A stretch of DNA of 64,000 nt from Adineta vaga. Taxonomy: Eukaryota > Animalia > Rotifera. The translations under genes and the position numbers were made by a program. Position 1 is the first letter of the stretch. Every line of letters starts with the position of its first letter. The stretch is from contig CP075495.1 in assembly GCA_021613535.1 (NCBI GenBank), positions 13,330,001 through 13,394,000 of the forward strand, given 5' to 3'. Below are positions 13,493-25,834 of this stretch, piece after piece. A model generated the notes under the pieces. It worked only from the letters and a program-made list of their open reading frames with translations, searched no databases and was not told where the DNA came from.

Positions 13493-14383
13493 AGATATAT
13501 ATATATATATATTTTTCCTATTTGTTGTAAAATTAGCAAGAGTTTTACTATGATTTAGTTATTAGAGTTACTATTGTTTTCTGATAATATAGTTTTTTTT
13601 GTCTGAAACCTGTAGGCGAATCCTTTATACATACAAAAGACAGATTTTTTAATGAGTTCAATGAACAGTGAAAAGTGCATCGACATTTGTGTGTGTAGGG
13701 AAGTTTATGTACATAATTCTTTTGTTTAAACATAGATAGATGTGATTTTTATTGTTGTTGTTGTTGTTAGTTTGTGTACGTGTACATGACATTTTTTTAT
13801 TTATATTAAGTAGACATGAAGCTGTCATAAAAGTGCTTCGTTAGAATGAGTAGTAACAATTCGAAGCTTATATTAAGACACACATTCATTTAGAATATTC
13901 TTTTCTGAACAGCAAAGACAACATTATATGTACAGTTTGTTTTGTTTTGTTTTTTATCTCTGTATGTGAAGATATGGATATCAACTCGGTTATATTTTTG
14001 TTTCTTTATTCTTATTGCTGTTGTTGTTGTTCTTCTTCTTCTAATGTAGGTTATTCTTTACCAAAGCATATTAACGTATATAGGAAATTGTCGATCGTTT
14101 TTTTAATATTAGAAAAGTCCTAAGGAAGAAAACAAAAGTTCTACTTTCATTCATGGATTCGATTTTCTACACACGTTCAATCATATCATTTTGATAGATA
14201 TGTTCGTATATGATGCATTGGGCTATATTTGTTTATTTTTCAATGTTCTTTGACCTATATAACTTTTATTTTTATCTTCTCTTTTTGGTTTCATGTTTCT
14301 TTTTTTCATTGTTCGAATAAAACAAAACTATACTTGAATGGATTCATCTCTATTTATATAGACATATATTAGTATTCTTACAG

Positions 14384-16011
14384 ATGACAGAAGCCAATGA
14401 AAGATCCTATGTGGGAATTAATACGATTGTTCAAGCATGTTCGAACATTTATCCTGATCAATTGAATCCTACTCAAGCAACAAGTTTAGTTAAATATTGG
14501 TAGGATTCTATTGAAAAATATCGTTAATCATGAGATTGCATTTGAAATTTGTTTTCTTTTATAGGCTTGGTGGATCGGAATGTTTAGATTATATATCAAT
14601 CTATCATAATCAAGGAAATGAAACATCATCAGCTCATTGGCATTATGTGACATTTGGTTTTAGTGATCTTCATGGCGATGGTCGAGTACATAAGTATGTT
14701 TTCATTTGAAAAATCTAAAATAAAATTTCGTTTGTCTTTCCTAGAGTATCATCAAAAGATGAACCGAATCCTATATCAGGCTATGGTTTTGAATTAACAT
14801 TTCGTTTAAAAAAAGCTCCAGAAAATAGTAATTCTGTTCAAGAAATTCCTCTCTGGCCATGCAAATTAATGCAATATTTGGCTAAATATGTTTTTAAAAC
14901 TGGCACACAATTTCATGCAGGTCATCATATACCATTTGGACATGTTCTTCCAAATTTATATTCTTCGACCAATGATACACAAATACATGATTTATTGATT
15001 ACAACAGATCGACAATTGAAATCGTTTCGAACAAATCTTGGTTCAGTAGAATTTCTTCAAGTAGATAAACGATTTAGTTTTGATTCTATTCTATTTTCTT
15101 TGAATTCGTTTTGTTGATTAGTTGGTTGGTTGTTTTGAAAATGAGCTTGAAGCAGCACAAGAATGTAATGTTGCTCAAATAATTGATTTATTCAGTAGCA
15201 ATCGAAAGTAATTGTTAATTAATTGTATATGAAAGTAAGCTTTTAATATTCAATAGAACGGGTGGATCTCTTTTGGTAACGGATATGTCACGTCGTGAAT
15301 CAATTTTTGATATTCAACCCAATGCTAAACAAATGATACGAGAAAAAATTGAAAAAGAAGGTTCACAACTAGGTCGAGTTCTTGCACGATGTGCATGGAA
15401 TATCGAGTAGGGATTTGCTTGATTTTTGAACTAATCTATTGACCTTTTTTTCTTCTTTCTTTACTTTGAAAGATCTGCTCCACCCAATGATACACATTTT
15501 CGATCCGTTTCTTCCATTGATCTGACATTTGATTTAGATGCAGCAAAAATATTTGTCAAAATTCTTCGGTAATAGAAATTTTCTTTGACATCTTTTATAG
15601 TATCAAAAGAGATTTTCTTTTGTTTATGTTAGAACACGATTACGTCGTGGTAAATGGTTTATATTTGATTCTTTGAATAATCAATCAATTTGCTTTATTT
15701 CCATTGCTGCTAACAATCAAGGTATTATGGTTGATTCAATTCAACAAATAATGATTTTAGGAATGCGAGAAGCACAAATTATGCTTTTACCTGATCATAT
15801 CGATTTATGTATTGATCTTATGTCACATATAATTGATCTTAAAGTAAATGAATCTGTTTTTATTTGATTATTTTTCTGTAATTATAATCGTTCGATATTC
15901 TAGGACGAACAAACACTTCCATTAAAATATGAAATTCCATTTCATACAAATACAAAAATGAATATATCAATAATATCTTCTGAAGATTTTGGTCCAGATA
16001 GTTTAGAATAA
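14384..16011 (+). CDS. SUFU: Suppressor of fused (Hedgehog pathway), ~400 aa
   Basis: Eight exons: YPDQLNPTQATSLVKYWLGGSECLDYIS, HWHYVTFGFSDLHGDGRVH, SGYGFELTFRL, WPCKLMQYLAKYVF, GSVEFLQLVG, LVTDMSRRESIF. Confidence 0.95.
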
Positions 16012-19000
16012 AGAATGTCTTTAGTTTTCTTCTTTTTTTGTAGATGCTTTTTTTTCCTAAGTTTAACATTTATTTCTACCGTCCATTATTGAATTTGCTT
16101 GTGTTGAATGTCGGATATTTTATTTGAAATAAAATTTTATATTATTGTAGAAGCGAGAAAAAAAAAGAACAAATGACAACTTTTTTTTGTGTGAGAGTGT
16201 CTGATCTTAGACATAAATTAATGTTGTTAAATTGAATAGAACAATAATGAATTTCCTTCTGTTCTTTTCCCATCATTCCGGAAGGTATATGAAAAAAAAG
16301 AAGGACCGAGGGCATAAGTATAAAGAACAAGAATCAGGTCATTCTTTTCTTCTTTGTCTGCTTATAGAAGTATATATATATGTGCTCGTGTGCGCATGTG
16401 TGTATTCATAGCAGTAGAACCATTGGCGCCCTCGTTTCTCTCTGTCTCTCATTCCTTTTTTGTGTGGATAGAATGAATTAGGATGGGACAAAAGCGAAGT
16501 AAAAGAATCGAGAAGAGAAAAAAAAAGTTCACCGCAATAATGAGAATGTCAAAAAAGGAAGCCAAGCGAAGTATCACTTTTTTTAGTGCACAAAAGTTGA
16601 ACTCGAGTGCACATGTCCGCATGACAGAAAAAAAAGAAAGAAAAGGAAAAGTGAGTGTGAGAAAAAACATCTTTTTTTCGCACAAACTATCAGAAACAAA
16701 AGGTAAGGTTTATTTATAGACAAGAGAAAAAAGACGACGAGCTAGATCTTTGTCCGTGCTTGTTGATAGAATTAGTTCGATGAAGATGCTGCTGATAGAA
16801 TTAAACCGCTCTAGGGAATAAAAGACCTCGACAGCTTTGCGTCTTCTTTCTTTTACTATTGAACTATAACTACTCTATTCGAAAATTTTGTATGCATTTG
16901 CCGAGCCTTTCTTCTTTTTGAGTACACTTCTTGTAGTTTGGTTTGGGACGATAAAAAACTGAAAAGAAGAGAGACAGAGAGAGAAGAAAAACCGATCGTT
17001 GAATGACGACAGCCAAGAAATGCCAATGTTATTGCTCTATAACTCATCGAAAATCCGACTAATTATTCTTTCTTTCTCTCGCGCGCACGCGCGCGCTTTA
17101 CATTGTACTCTTCTAAGCTGAACTGTGGGTAGAAAGAGAGAAAGATAGAGAGAGAGAATGTTGGCAGTAACGCAAGAGACTTTCCATTCCCACCCTTCTT
17201 GTTTCCTTCTCTCTTCGAGTCATTTTTTTTTCTCTTCTTCACTCGCTTCCAGATCGAATTTGACAAATAGACGACGACGACAGCATTGACCAAACAGATT
17301 TATAGACGACTATTGACAACAATTCCGAATATGATAGCCGATTTAATACGATTTCCGCTGTTACTACTAAAAAGATCGTTGACACTACTATCAACAAGGA
17401 TCACACGATGTTCAGTAAGTGATGGTAGGAAATGCGTTCACATTTTTCTGTAGAGATAACCTTTTAGAAATATGCACTGCAACGAAGATAGATCATTGCA
17501 TCATAAATTAAATTTGTACGCGTGAGAAAAGCAGAGGAGCAGAAGAGAAAATAAAAGAAATGAAACTTAGATTCGGTCCGACAATCGTATCATCCTTGAT
17601 GTTTGTTCGAGATGCAAGACACTGTCATCATTCACTGCCAGTTATTCCGATAAGAGATTGTGATGAGTCCTTCTTTACATTTTGAAATATATGTCAGAAT
17701 AAAAGCGATGCTATTATCATTAGAATAATCAGTTTGTCTGGCTCGAATAACAGTAAGTATGTACAGATTTTCTTTTTTTTTTATTCGAAAAAGTAGAATG
17801 GTATGTCTCCATGCCTTCTACAACTGGTGCAGCAATAAACATTAGAAGAGTCATTCTAATCATTTTCTGATGTCGACTAATGATTTGTCGATATCTCTCT
17901 GTCTGTCTGTCTATCTATCTATTAAATGATAAAAAATGATTGATAAACATCCTTTAGGCATCAGTCTATTCTTCTCAGTTTTTTTTTCTTATTTGTCTTT
18001 TGTATTTCTGTCCTTGATTATTATCGCAATAATCCATTAATTATTTATGTAAATCACTTGTTTGTTTACTTATTTCTATCTTTACATACTCTTCACAATG
18101 ATGATGATCATTGTCATCATGAATAGTAGAGTAATCTTCGAAGTAGTTTTTACTAAGAACATCATCATTGTTATTAAGTTTCTAAGAAAGAATATTAAAA
18201 TATTAGCTTTTCCACGACGAGAAAAGAAGAAGAAGAATTGATGCTTTTACATTGATTGAATCAATCAGACAATTTTATATCCGTCCATTTCATTTGTATA
18301 GATGGTCATTCTTATGATCGACCATGTTCATGTGTCGTCGCCGGTTCGTGAATATAAATCAGACACATGCGTCCCATACGAATCACTGTCACATGTGAGT
18401 TCCTGTTTTAGTTGATGAATGAAACATATACATATATATATATATATATATGTATTAAAAAAGAAAACGCAAAATGAATATTGCATCACAATTGATGGTA
18501 ATACTAGAATGTATATAGTTTTGATCCTATTGATCTCCCAAATGTATCCATATACTAGCATACTGTTATTTGCATGCATAGCCATCATCACTCTGCCATG
18601 AAGTATACATTCCCGAGAGAATAGTGTTTGAATTTATTTGAAGTTGACTTCGACGTTCAGTCGATCTATCCTTCTCATCATTCTAGCAAAACTAAAAGAA
18701 AACACTGGAGAGAAAAGAAAAGAAAAGAAAAGAAATGGTCAAATAACAGCTGAAAGATGCCGTTTTCATATTTACAGTATGAGAAAGAAGTTATTCTTCC
18801 TGCTGTCTTTTGCGTAATGCACAACGGTGTTAGTGATTACGCACCCATATGTGAGTCTATCAATCGTATAATACTCTCCATCCTCTTCTTTTCTGTAACG
18901 TTCATTCACCACCATCCTCATCATATTTTATTATGTAACCGGAAGCAAAGTGTTTCATTATTCTTTTAGCTGCTAAAATAAATAAACAAATGAATATCGT

Positions 19001-19051
19001 CAAGATTTTTTCTTCTTTTGATCTTCTAGATTAAATTTTAATAACTTAAAT

Positions 19052-20429
19052 ATGTTTCATAAAACGCCATTTCCATCTCTTCTATCGTTTCTTATATTAA
19101 TGATTGGATGTGTTCTTTTTACAATAACTACGATTTATACAATTCATCGAATTCAATACAGTGATAGATGGTCATGTAAAAGATGGTATAGTTTCCTTGT
19201 ATATATAGAAGAACTTAAAATAAACAAAACCTTTTCTTTTTTTTTCTTTTTAAAGTTTAAATCTAAGTCGATTAATAATTGGATGTGGAATAGCAATAAC
19301 AATTATTTTTGGTTTATGTTCCGTTCTATTGGCAAGTATTCTTAGTGGAAAGACACGCAAGAAATATTTTTGGGGTTATCGCAAAAATTTATGTGCACGA
19401 ATTTTAAATGGATTTGTAAGTTGAAAAGAAAATTCTATTATTAAATTATAAAAATCTTTTCTGTTCATCATAGATTCTATTTATAACATTTCTTTTAACT
19501 ATTTCATGGCTTGGCATTGCTTGTTTAACATTTATTCCATTATATGGTCTTTTTTATGTATATTTTGTTGTCTGTAGTAATCGTTACGCTACAGCTAGTG
19601 GAAGTTTCGTAAATAGTATGTAATCAATAATAGTCTTGTCATTTAATTTATCTTGATTTGTTCAAAATTAGTCTTGAATGAAATCACTCAGCATGCACAT
19701 GGAGCAGGTGAAAAACCAACTCATTTTAAACTTGCCGATATTTGTCTACCAGTAAGTATTTAAGATTGAATTTGATGAAAAAACATCATCTCATTTCTCC
19801 AGTCTGTTCGAGTAAAAAATCAACCTGAAAAAAGCATATCTATTATTGACATTGAACTCGAGCCTGTTAAGTATCATTCATCTTTCACAAATAAACATTT
19901 ACACGTTGCCCTTATCAATATATATCTATCTGTATTCTTTCTACTTACTCTATCTTGATTTCTCCTTCTCCTTCCAAAATAAATTTTTTTATGATTAGCT
20001 TTATGATTGTTATTTTTCTTTGATTTCCTTTTTCATTCTTCTCAAGGCTTGCATACATTTCTATATCTGTTGCATTCTCATCTCCATGATCAATAATTTG
20101 CTTTCTTTTTTTTCTCTCTTGAAGTGAACTGAAAATGCAAAATGATAAAATCGAACAATAGAGATAAAAAATAATCGAAAACTTTATTTTATTTTTAGGC
20201 TTATCGAGACTATTTTACATTGAGTATTGTAACAACAGCATCATGTGTAGTTGTTCTCGTTGGTTTGGTATGAAAAACTTCATAGAATGTTCTTGTCCAA
20301 ATTCATTTGATTATTTAGATCTGTTTAATGATTGCTCAAGGTGCAAATCATGCACATGTATATAATGATCGAGCACGATATGAAGTTGCACAAAATGGAG
20401 ATCAAGAAATTGAAGAAACAAAAATGTGA
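19052..20429 (+). CDS. Myelin proteolipid / neuronal glycoprotein M6 family four-TM protein
   Basis: Spliced product MFHKTPFPSLLSFLILMIGCVLF...LSGKTRKKYFWGYRKNLCARILNGFILFITFLLTISWLGIACLTFIP...ICLMIAQGANHAHV has four hydrophobic segments and PF.SL / ANxAH motifs typical of PLP/M6. Probable upstream exons end at 17414 and lie at 18302-18394. Confidence 0.75.
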
Positions 20430-20851
20430 AAAATAACAAAACAAAACAAATAAAAATATAAACTGTTGAGAACAGTCATTTTTCTATAAAGTAGAAAAGA
20501 AAACCCAGTCAACAAAAAAAAACGTTGTTTTCTTTTCTATTCATTGTTGTCTGTCAATTGTCAGAAAAAAAATCAAAACATAAAAAAAATAACAACCAAG
20601 CCAGTTGCATTTAGATGACAGGAGTTTTTGCTTCTTCTTCTTCTTCTTCTTTTTTCTGTTCTAGAGCACAGTTCATTGTACAGTTATATGTCAATTTTTT
20701 TTCGCTTTTCATATATATATATATGTGTGTATGTATAAATGTATGTGTGTCAGATTTGTGGAGGATTGAATCTTTTTTTGGAAATATAAATATGTTTGTG
20801 TTTTTTTTTCTTTTGAAAATATATATAAAAGATATTCAACTTAAACGATAA

Positions 20852-21843
20852 CTAACGATAGTCATGACGGCGATAGTACCGATATCCTCTATTATGCATT
20901 AAGGCATCTCCAAATGACACGGAACCTTTAATATGATTTGATGGTAAATGTGCAGAAGTAGCTCGATACAATGGAATAGAACTTTGAATTGTACGTTGTC
21001 GACCTAATGGATTTTCGAATGTAACAGGAGAATGAACGGTCCATTGATGAGTATAAGCATCACGTTCAAGAACGGCAAAATTACAATAATTGACTTTGTC
21101 AGCTTCATACTGAAGTCGTTCAGGTCGTGCACGACGACGAAGCATTCCACGTCCAACTGTTTCAATGGAACCAGCATGTCCAGATAATAATATTGTTCCA
21201 CCGGTACCTTTATGTAATTTAATAATTGCATCAATAAGTTGACGTGAACGATCATAATAACGACCTTCGTCTTCGCTCATATCGACACCATCATAAATGG
21301 ATTCATAATATGGATTAACATTAAAATGTCTATCCATAGCAAGATATTCAGGTGGAATAAATATAAGTGGTGCACCAGCATACCATGCAGGACATTCGAA
21401 TAAACCTTAGAAAGAGAGATTTTGTTTATTGATAAAAATATATAAACACAGATTTTATTGCTTTGTATCATACCTGGCTCGACATTAATCGATACACCTT
21501 TTCTTCCTTGACTCTCAAGAAGCTTATCAGCTGTTTGAATAGATCGATAGGCAGGCGATGAATAACAATAATCAATTGTATAACCAAGATTTGCAAGTTT
21601 GCGTCCAATAGCCATACTTTGTCGTTCACCTTCTGTTGTTAATGGTGGATCATAATTCCATTCACGGAAATCAGTACGTGGTGATAAATAGGATATTCGA
21701 GGATCACGTTGACCATTTTTATTTAATTTACTTGCCCATTTCGGTCCTAGTGCTAGATCGGCACGTTCGCCATGACGTGTTATAATAATCCGTAGATTGT
21801 CTTCTGCAGCATCTAGACCAAATAAACGCTTCAGGGCTGACAT
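20852..21843 (-). CDS. Histidine phosphatase (PGM superfamily; UBASH3/ecdysteroid-phosphate-phosphatase-like phosphatase domain only)
   Basis: RHGER catalytic motif, DPPLT, YSSPAYRSIQTA, EPGLFE across an intron at ~21407-21474, second His in LSGHAG. Confidence 0.9.
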
Positions 21844-22307
21844 AGGAAGTGGCTAACTGTTTAAACGAAAAAACAAAAACCAAATATACGCGACACCTAA
21901 AACAATAATCTTTCGTGTTCTCCTTTTTATATAAACAAATGTAGCCTTTCGAGTTATTGCACTCTTGTCATATATTCTTGTGCAATCCAATATATTATAT
22001 GCCATGGTATTTTGTGTATGTTCAGTGAAGCAAAACATTCATGCAAAAAGAGAAAAATAACCAATGATGAGTGTTTTTCTCAATGATTATATCTAATTAA
22101 TGAAACTGTATTTTTTTTCGTAATAGCCTTTGAAAAGTGTCCTTTTTTTACATTCTATCTTGGAGATAATTTTATTCTGTGATAAGAAAAACACGAACAT
22201 AATGTCTAATTATCGTGACAAAATCAGTGAATCATTTTGATTAGAAAATATATGTAATTTTCTTTTTGATGACGTCTTTCGTTACCCCGTAGTTTTTTTT
22301 GCTTCGT

Positions 22308-23644
22308 CTATTCTCGTATTGTTGTTTCATGAGTTGGTAGTAGTTCCACAATTTGATTTGCTAAATTATTAAACATTGACCATAAAATTGTTTCATTTTC
22401 TTGCCGAATAGGACGACCTTCATCACATGCCTGACGAAAGTAAATATCAATAGGTAATGATTGCAATATTTTCAGATGAAATTCATTCGCTAGTAGACGT
22501 GCACCATTTTCACCAAAGAGTCTTTCTTCATGTCCACATTTTCGACAAAAATAGGTGGAAAAATTTTCCACGACGCCAAGAATAGGAACTTGTACAAGGC
22601 GAAACATTTCAATTGCTTTTCGTACGTCAATTACGGAAAGTTCTTGAGGAGTTGTAACCATAATAACTCCTGATAATGTCGTTAGTTGTGCTAAAGATAA
22701 TTGTATATCACCAGTACCAGGTGGTAAATCCACAATTAAATAATCTAATGGTGACCAAGCAACTTGTCGAAGAAGTTTTTCAATCGCCTGCATAACCATA
22801 AGACCACGCCAAACAATAGCACCATCAGATTTTGTTAAAAATCCCATAGACATACATTTTAAATTGAAATTTATCAATGGTTCAATAAGATTTGTTTTTG
22901 TCATTGTAGTTGCTTTATGATTACGTAAATTAAGTAATGTTGGAATGGATGGACCGAATATATCAGCATCCAAGATACCAACACGATAGGAAAGACGAGA
23001 TAATGCAAGAGCTAAATTGACACTTACAGATGATTTACCAACACCACCTAAAAGATCATACTCGTATTAAATATATTGAATTCCAATTTCAGATAAAAAT
23101 AATCGAAAAAATATTCTGTGAAAAATTCCATCTGAATGACCATGAATGTCCTTTCATTTCTGTGTATACATAATTTCACTATTCATTTAATTAATGATAA
23201 ATGTACTCATATTAATTTGTAACTCACATAAAAATATCCATGAAAACAAGTCAGAGACTTATTTATGAAATAAATATAACGACATAGAAAATTGATGTTA
23301 TCGAACTCAAAATGTAATTTTTTTTGTACACACAATCTCTACATCTATTTCCTACATAATTTATTCTAAAAATACTTTCAATTATTTTGTCAACATCAAC
23401 TAATTGTCACAAGTTTCATATTTATAAATACAATTCTCAATGGACATAGAAATTTACCTCATTATATCAATGAAATAAGTGGCATTATACCTTTGCCTGA
23501 CCCGACTGCAATAATATGTTGTACACCATCAATAGGTGTTCGTTTGGGTAAACCTCGTGCCATCATTGCTTGTTGATGTGACGTCGGTTTAGTTGAATAA
23601 AGTCGTTGAAGACTTATTCGAAAAGAATTCAATCGAAGAGACAT
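22308..23644 (-). CDS. NUBPL: Mitochondrial iron-sulfur cluster transfer protein NUBPL/Ind1 (Mrp/NBP35 family)
   Basis: GSGK|GGVGKS across intron 23048-23490, DADIFGPSIP, WRGLMV, DLPPGTGD, CRKC; Arg/Ser-rich presequence. Confidence 0.95.
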
Positions 23645-23702
23645 TTTATTTTCTTTTTCGTATACGAAAATCTAAAACCAAAACAAAAAAACTACAAAAA
23701 CT

Positions 23703-25417
23703 TTATTTTTCTTTATTTTTTAATAAATCTTTAAATATTTCATCAACTAAATCATCATGTATACGTCCATGATATTTCTTATAAACATTCGAATGCAATT
23801 GTTCTAAAGCTTTTTTCGGATTTGTTTTATATCGATCGATTTGTTTAGGATTTTCTTCCAAGGTTTTCAAACAAATCTCTTCTAATTCATTTCTATCATT
23901 TATTGCATACATATTGTGTTCGTCAAGAAATGATTTTAATGTTCGACTTGAATCACGATTTCTATTACATAATGTTAATAATGTATAAAGTGAAAAACGT
24001 GTTATAATACGTTGATCTAAATGTTGAATTATCTCAGCAAATAAAGACGGAGTTACAGCTTGAGCAAATTTATGAATTTTACGTCCATCATAAGAGATAG
24101 ATTTCACGTCATTTAATAGAACTTCTAATGCAATATGACGAAGACGATTATCATCAAGTTGATTCATAACATCACGAAAATAATCCTTGACAAACAAAAC
24201 ATTTTAGAATTTCTTATCAATTCAATAGAAGAAAATACTTACATTCATATCAAGTCGAAGTAATTCATGTAAATGTTCAGCTGTAAGAAAATCTTTGTAT
24301 TTATTTAAAATTTCTTGTCTTTCGTCTAATGGTGAAATTGGTAGATTTCGTTTGATTTCATCAATATTCACAAAATCCTTTTGATAGTTTGCTTTATCAT
24401 TATCATCATATAAACATAAGGGTGGTAAATTAGGTTCAATCATAAATCGATAATCAATTTGATCTTCTTTACGTCGTAAATGTATGGTTTGATGTTTATT
24501 GGTATCAAATGTTCGTGTTTCTTTTTCAATGGAAGAATTATTTGTTAATAATTGTTCTTGTCGTTTAATTTCAAAATCAATTGCTTGTCGAACATCAATG
24601 AAACTTCCAAGATTTTTGATTTCAACACGAGTTCCATCGGGTTTTGTATCAGTACGATGTAAACTAACATTGGCATCAATACGAACAGCTGTTTCTAAGC
24701 CACTTTGTTCACAGATATGATATTTTAATAGAAGACGATTTAATTCACGTAGAAATGATTCACCTTCAAGACTCGATTGAATATCAGGTTTAGTGACAAT
24801 TTCAATTAGACCCGTTCCACAACGATTCAAATCAATTAAAGTACGATGTTGATTTTCATCATGAATACTTCTACCAGTATCATTTTCAAGTTGAATACGA
24901 TCAATTCGACATTTTTTTGTAACAAATGATTTTGGAGTGTCTACGAACTAGAATTATCAACAACACGAGAGAGAGATTGGAATAAGTTATTCTTATATTT
25001 AATGATATCTACCTTGTATTTTGTTGAAGATTTAAGTTTATCTTTTTTAACTAATAATGGATAATGAAAAAGACCATTCGACGCAAATGGATATCTTTGT
25101 TGAGTTATTTGATAACCAGATGGTGAATCCGGATAGAAATAATGTTTACGTTCAAAATGAGAGATTTTATTAATTTGACAATTAAGACCTAGAGCAGCAC
25201 GAATACCAGCTTCGAGACAAGCACGATTAAAATATGGCAATGCACCTGGTAAGGCCATATCATGAGGTGTAACTTGACTATTTGTTGGTTGAGCTGGTGC
25301 CGATGATGATGATGAAAACATTTTTGTATTTGTTGCAAGTTTAACATGAATTTCAAAGCCTATTAATGCATAAAAGCGACCACTTGATAGAACAGCAGCA
25401 GCTGCAGCAGCTGCCAT
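23703..25417 (-). CDS. GATB: Mitochondrial glutamyl-tRNA(Gln) amidotransferase subunit B (PET112)
   Basis: IGFEIHVKL, HFERKHYFYPDSPSGYQITQ, RIQLENDTGRS, DLNRCGTGLIEIVTKPD, RIDANVS, RVEIKNL, DYRFMIEPNLPP; three exons. Confidence 0.95.
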
Positions 25418-25834
25418 ATCTGATATTGAACTACAGCGAATTACCTTGCAAGTTCGTGAAAGTGAAGAGAGATTTTCTCTAACTCTCTATGCAAGATGAA
25501 TACGTGACTCGTATTGGATAATAGAAATCGATCGTAAGAACGAATCGAAATTGTCTAAAAGATGGCAGGCATATGCTTTAGAAAGATCAGTCGAAAGAAT
25601 GTTTTTATTATATGCATTTATTCTCGGATGATTGTTTTCGAACGAATCCGTTCTTGTTCATGAAATACATAAATATATATCAAAAGAAAACAAATGCTTA
25701 GAAACAAAAAACAACCACAAATCTTTGACTAATCCATAAATACCAAATGAAATAAGTAAAGATTTCAACTAAGAAAGCAAATTTTACAAATCGAAAAAAA
25801 GAAAAACAAGATGTTTAGTATCGGTTCTTGTGTT

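Noticed and set aside
16142-18969. Numerous 60-90 aa ORFs rich in Lys/Phe/Ile
   Set aside because: They derive from A/T runs and microsatellites in promoter and intron sequence, with no domain features.
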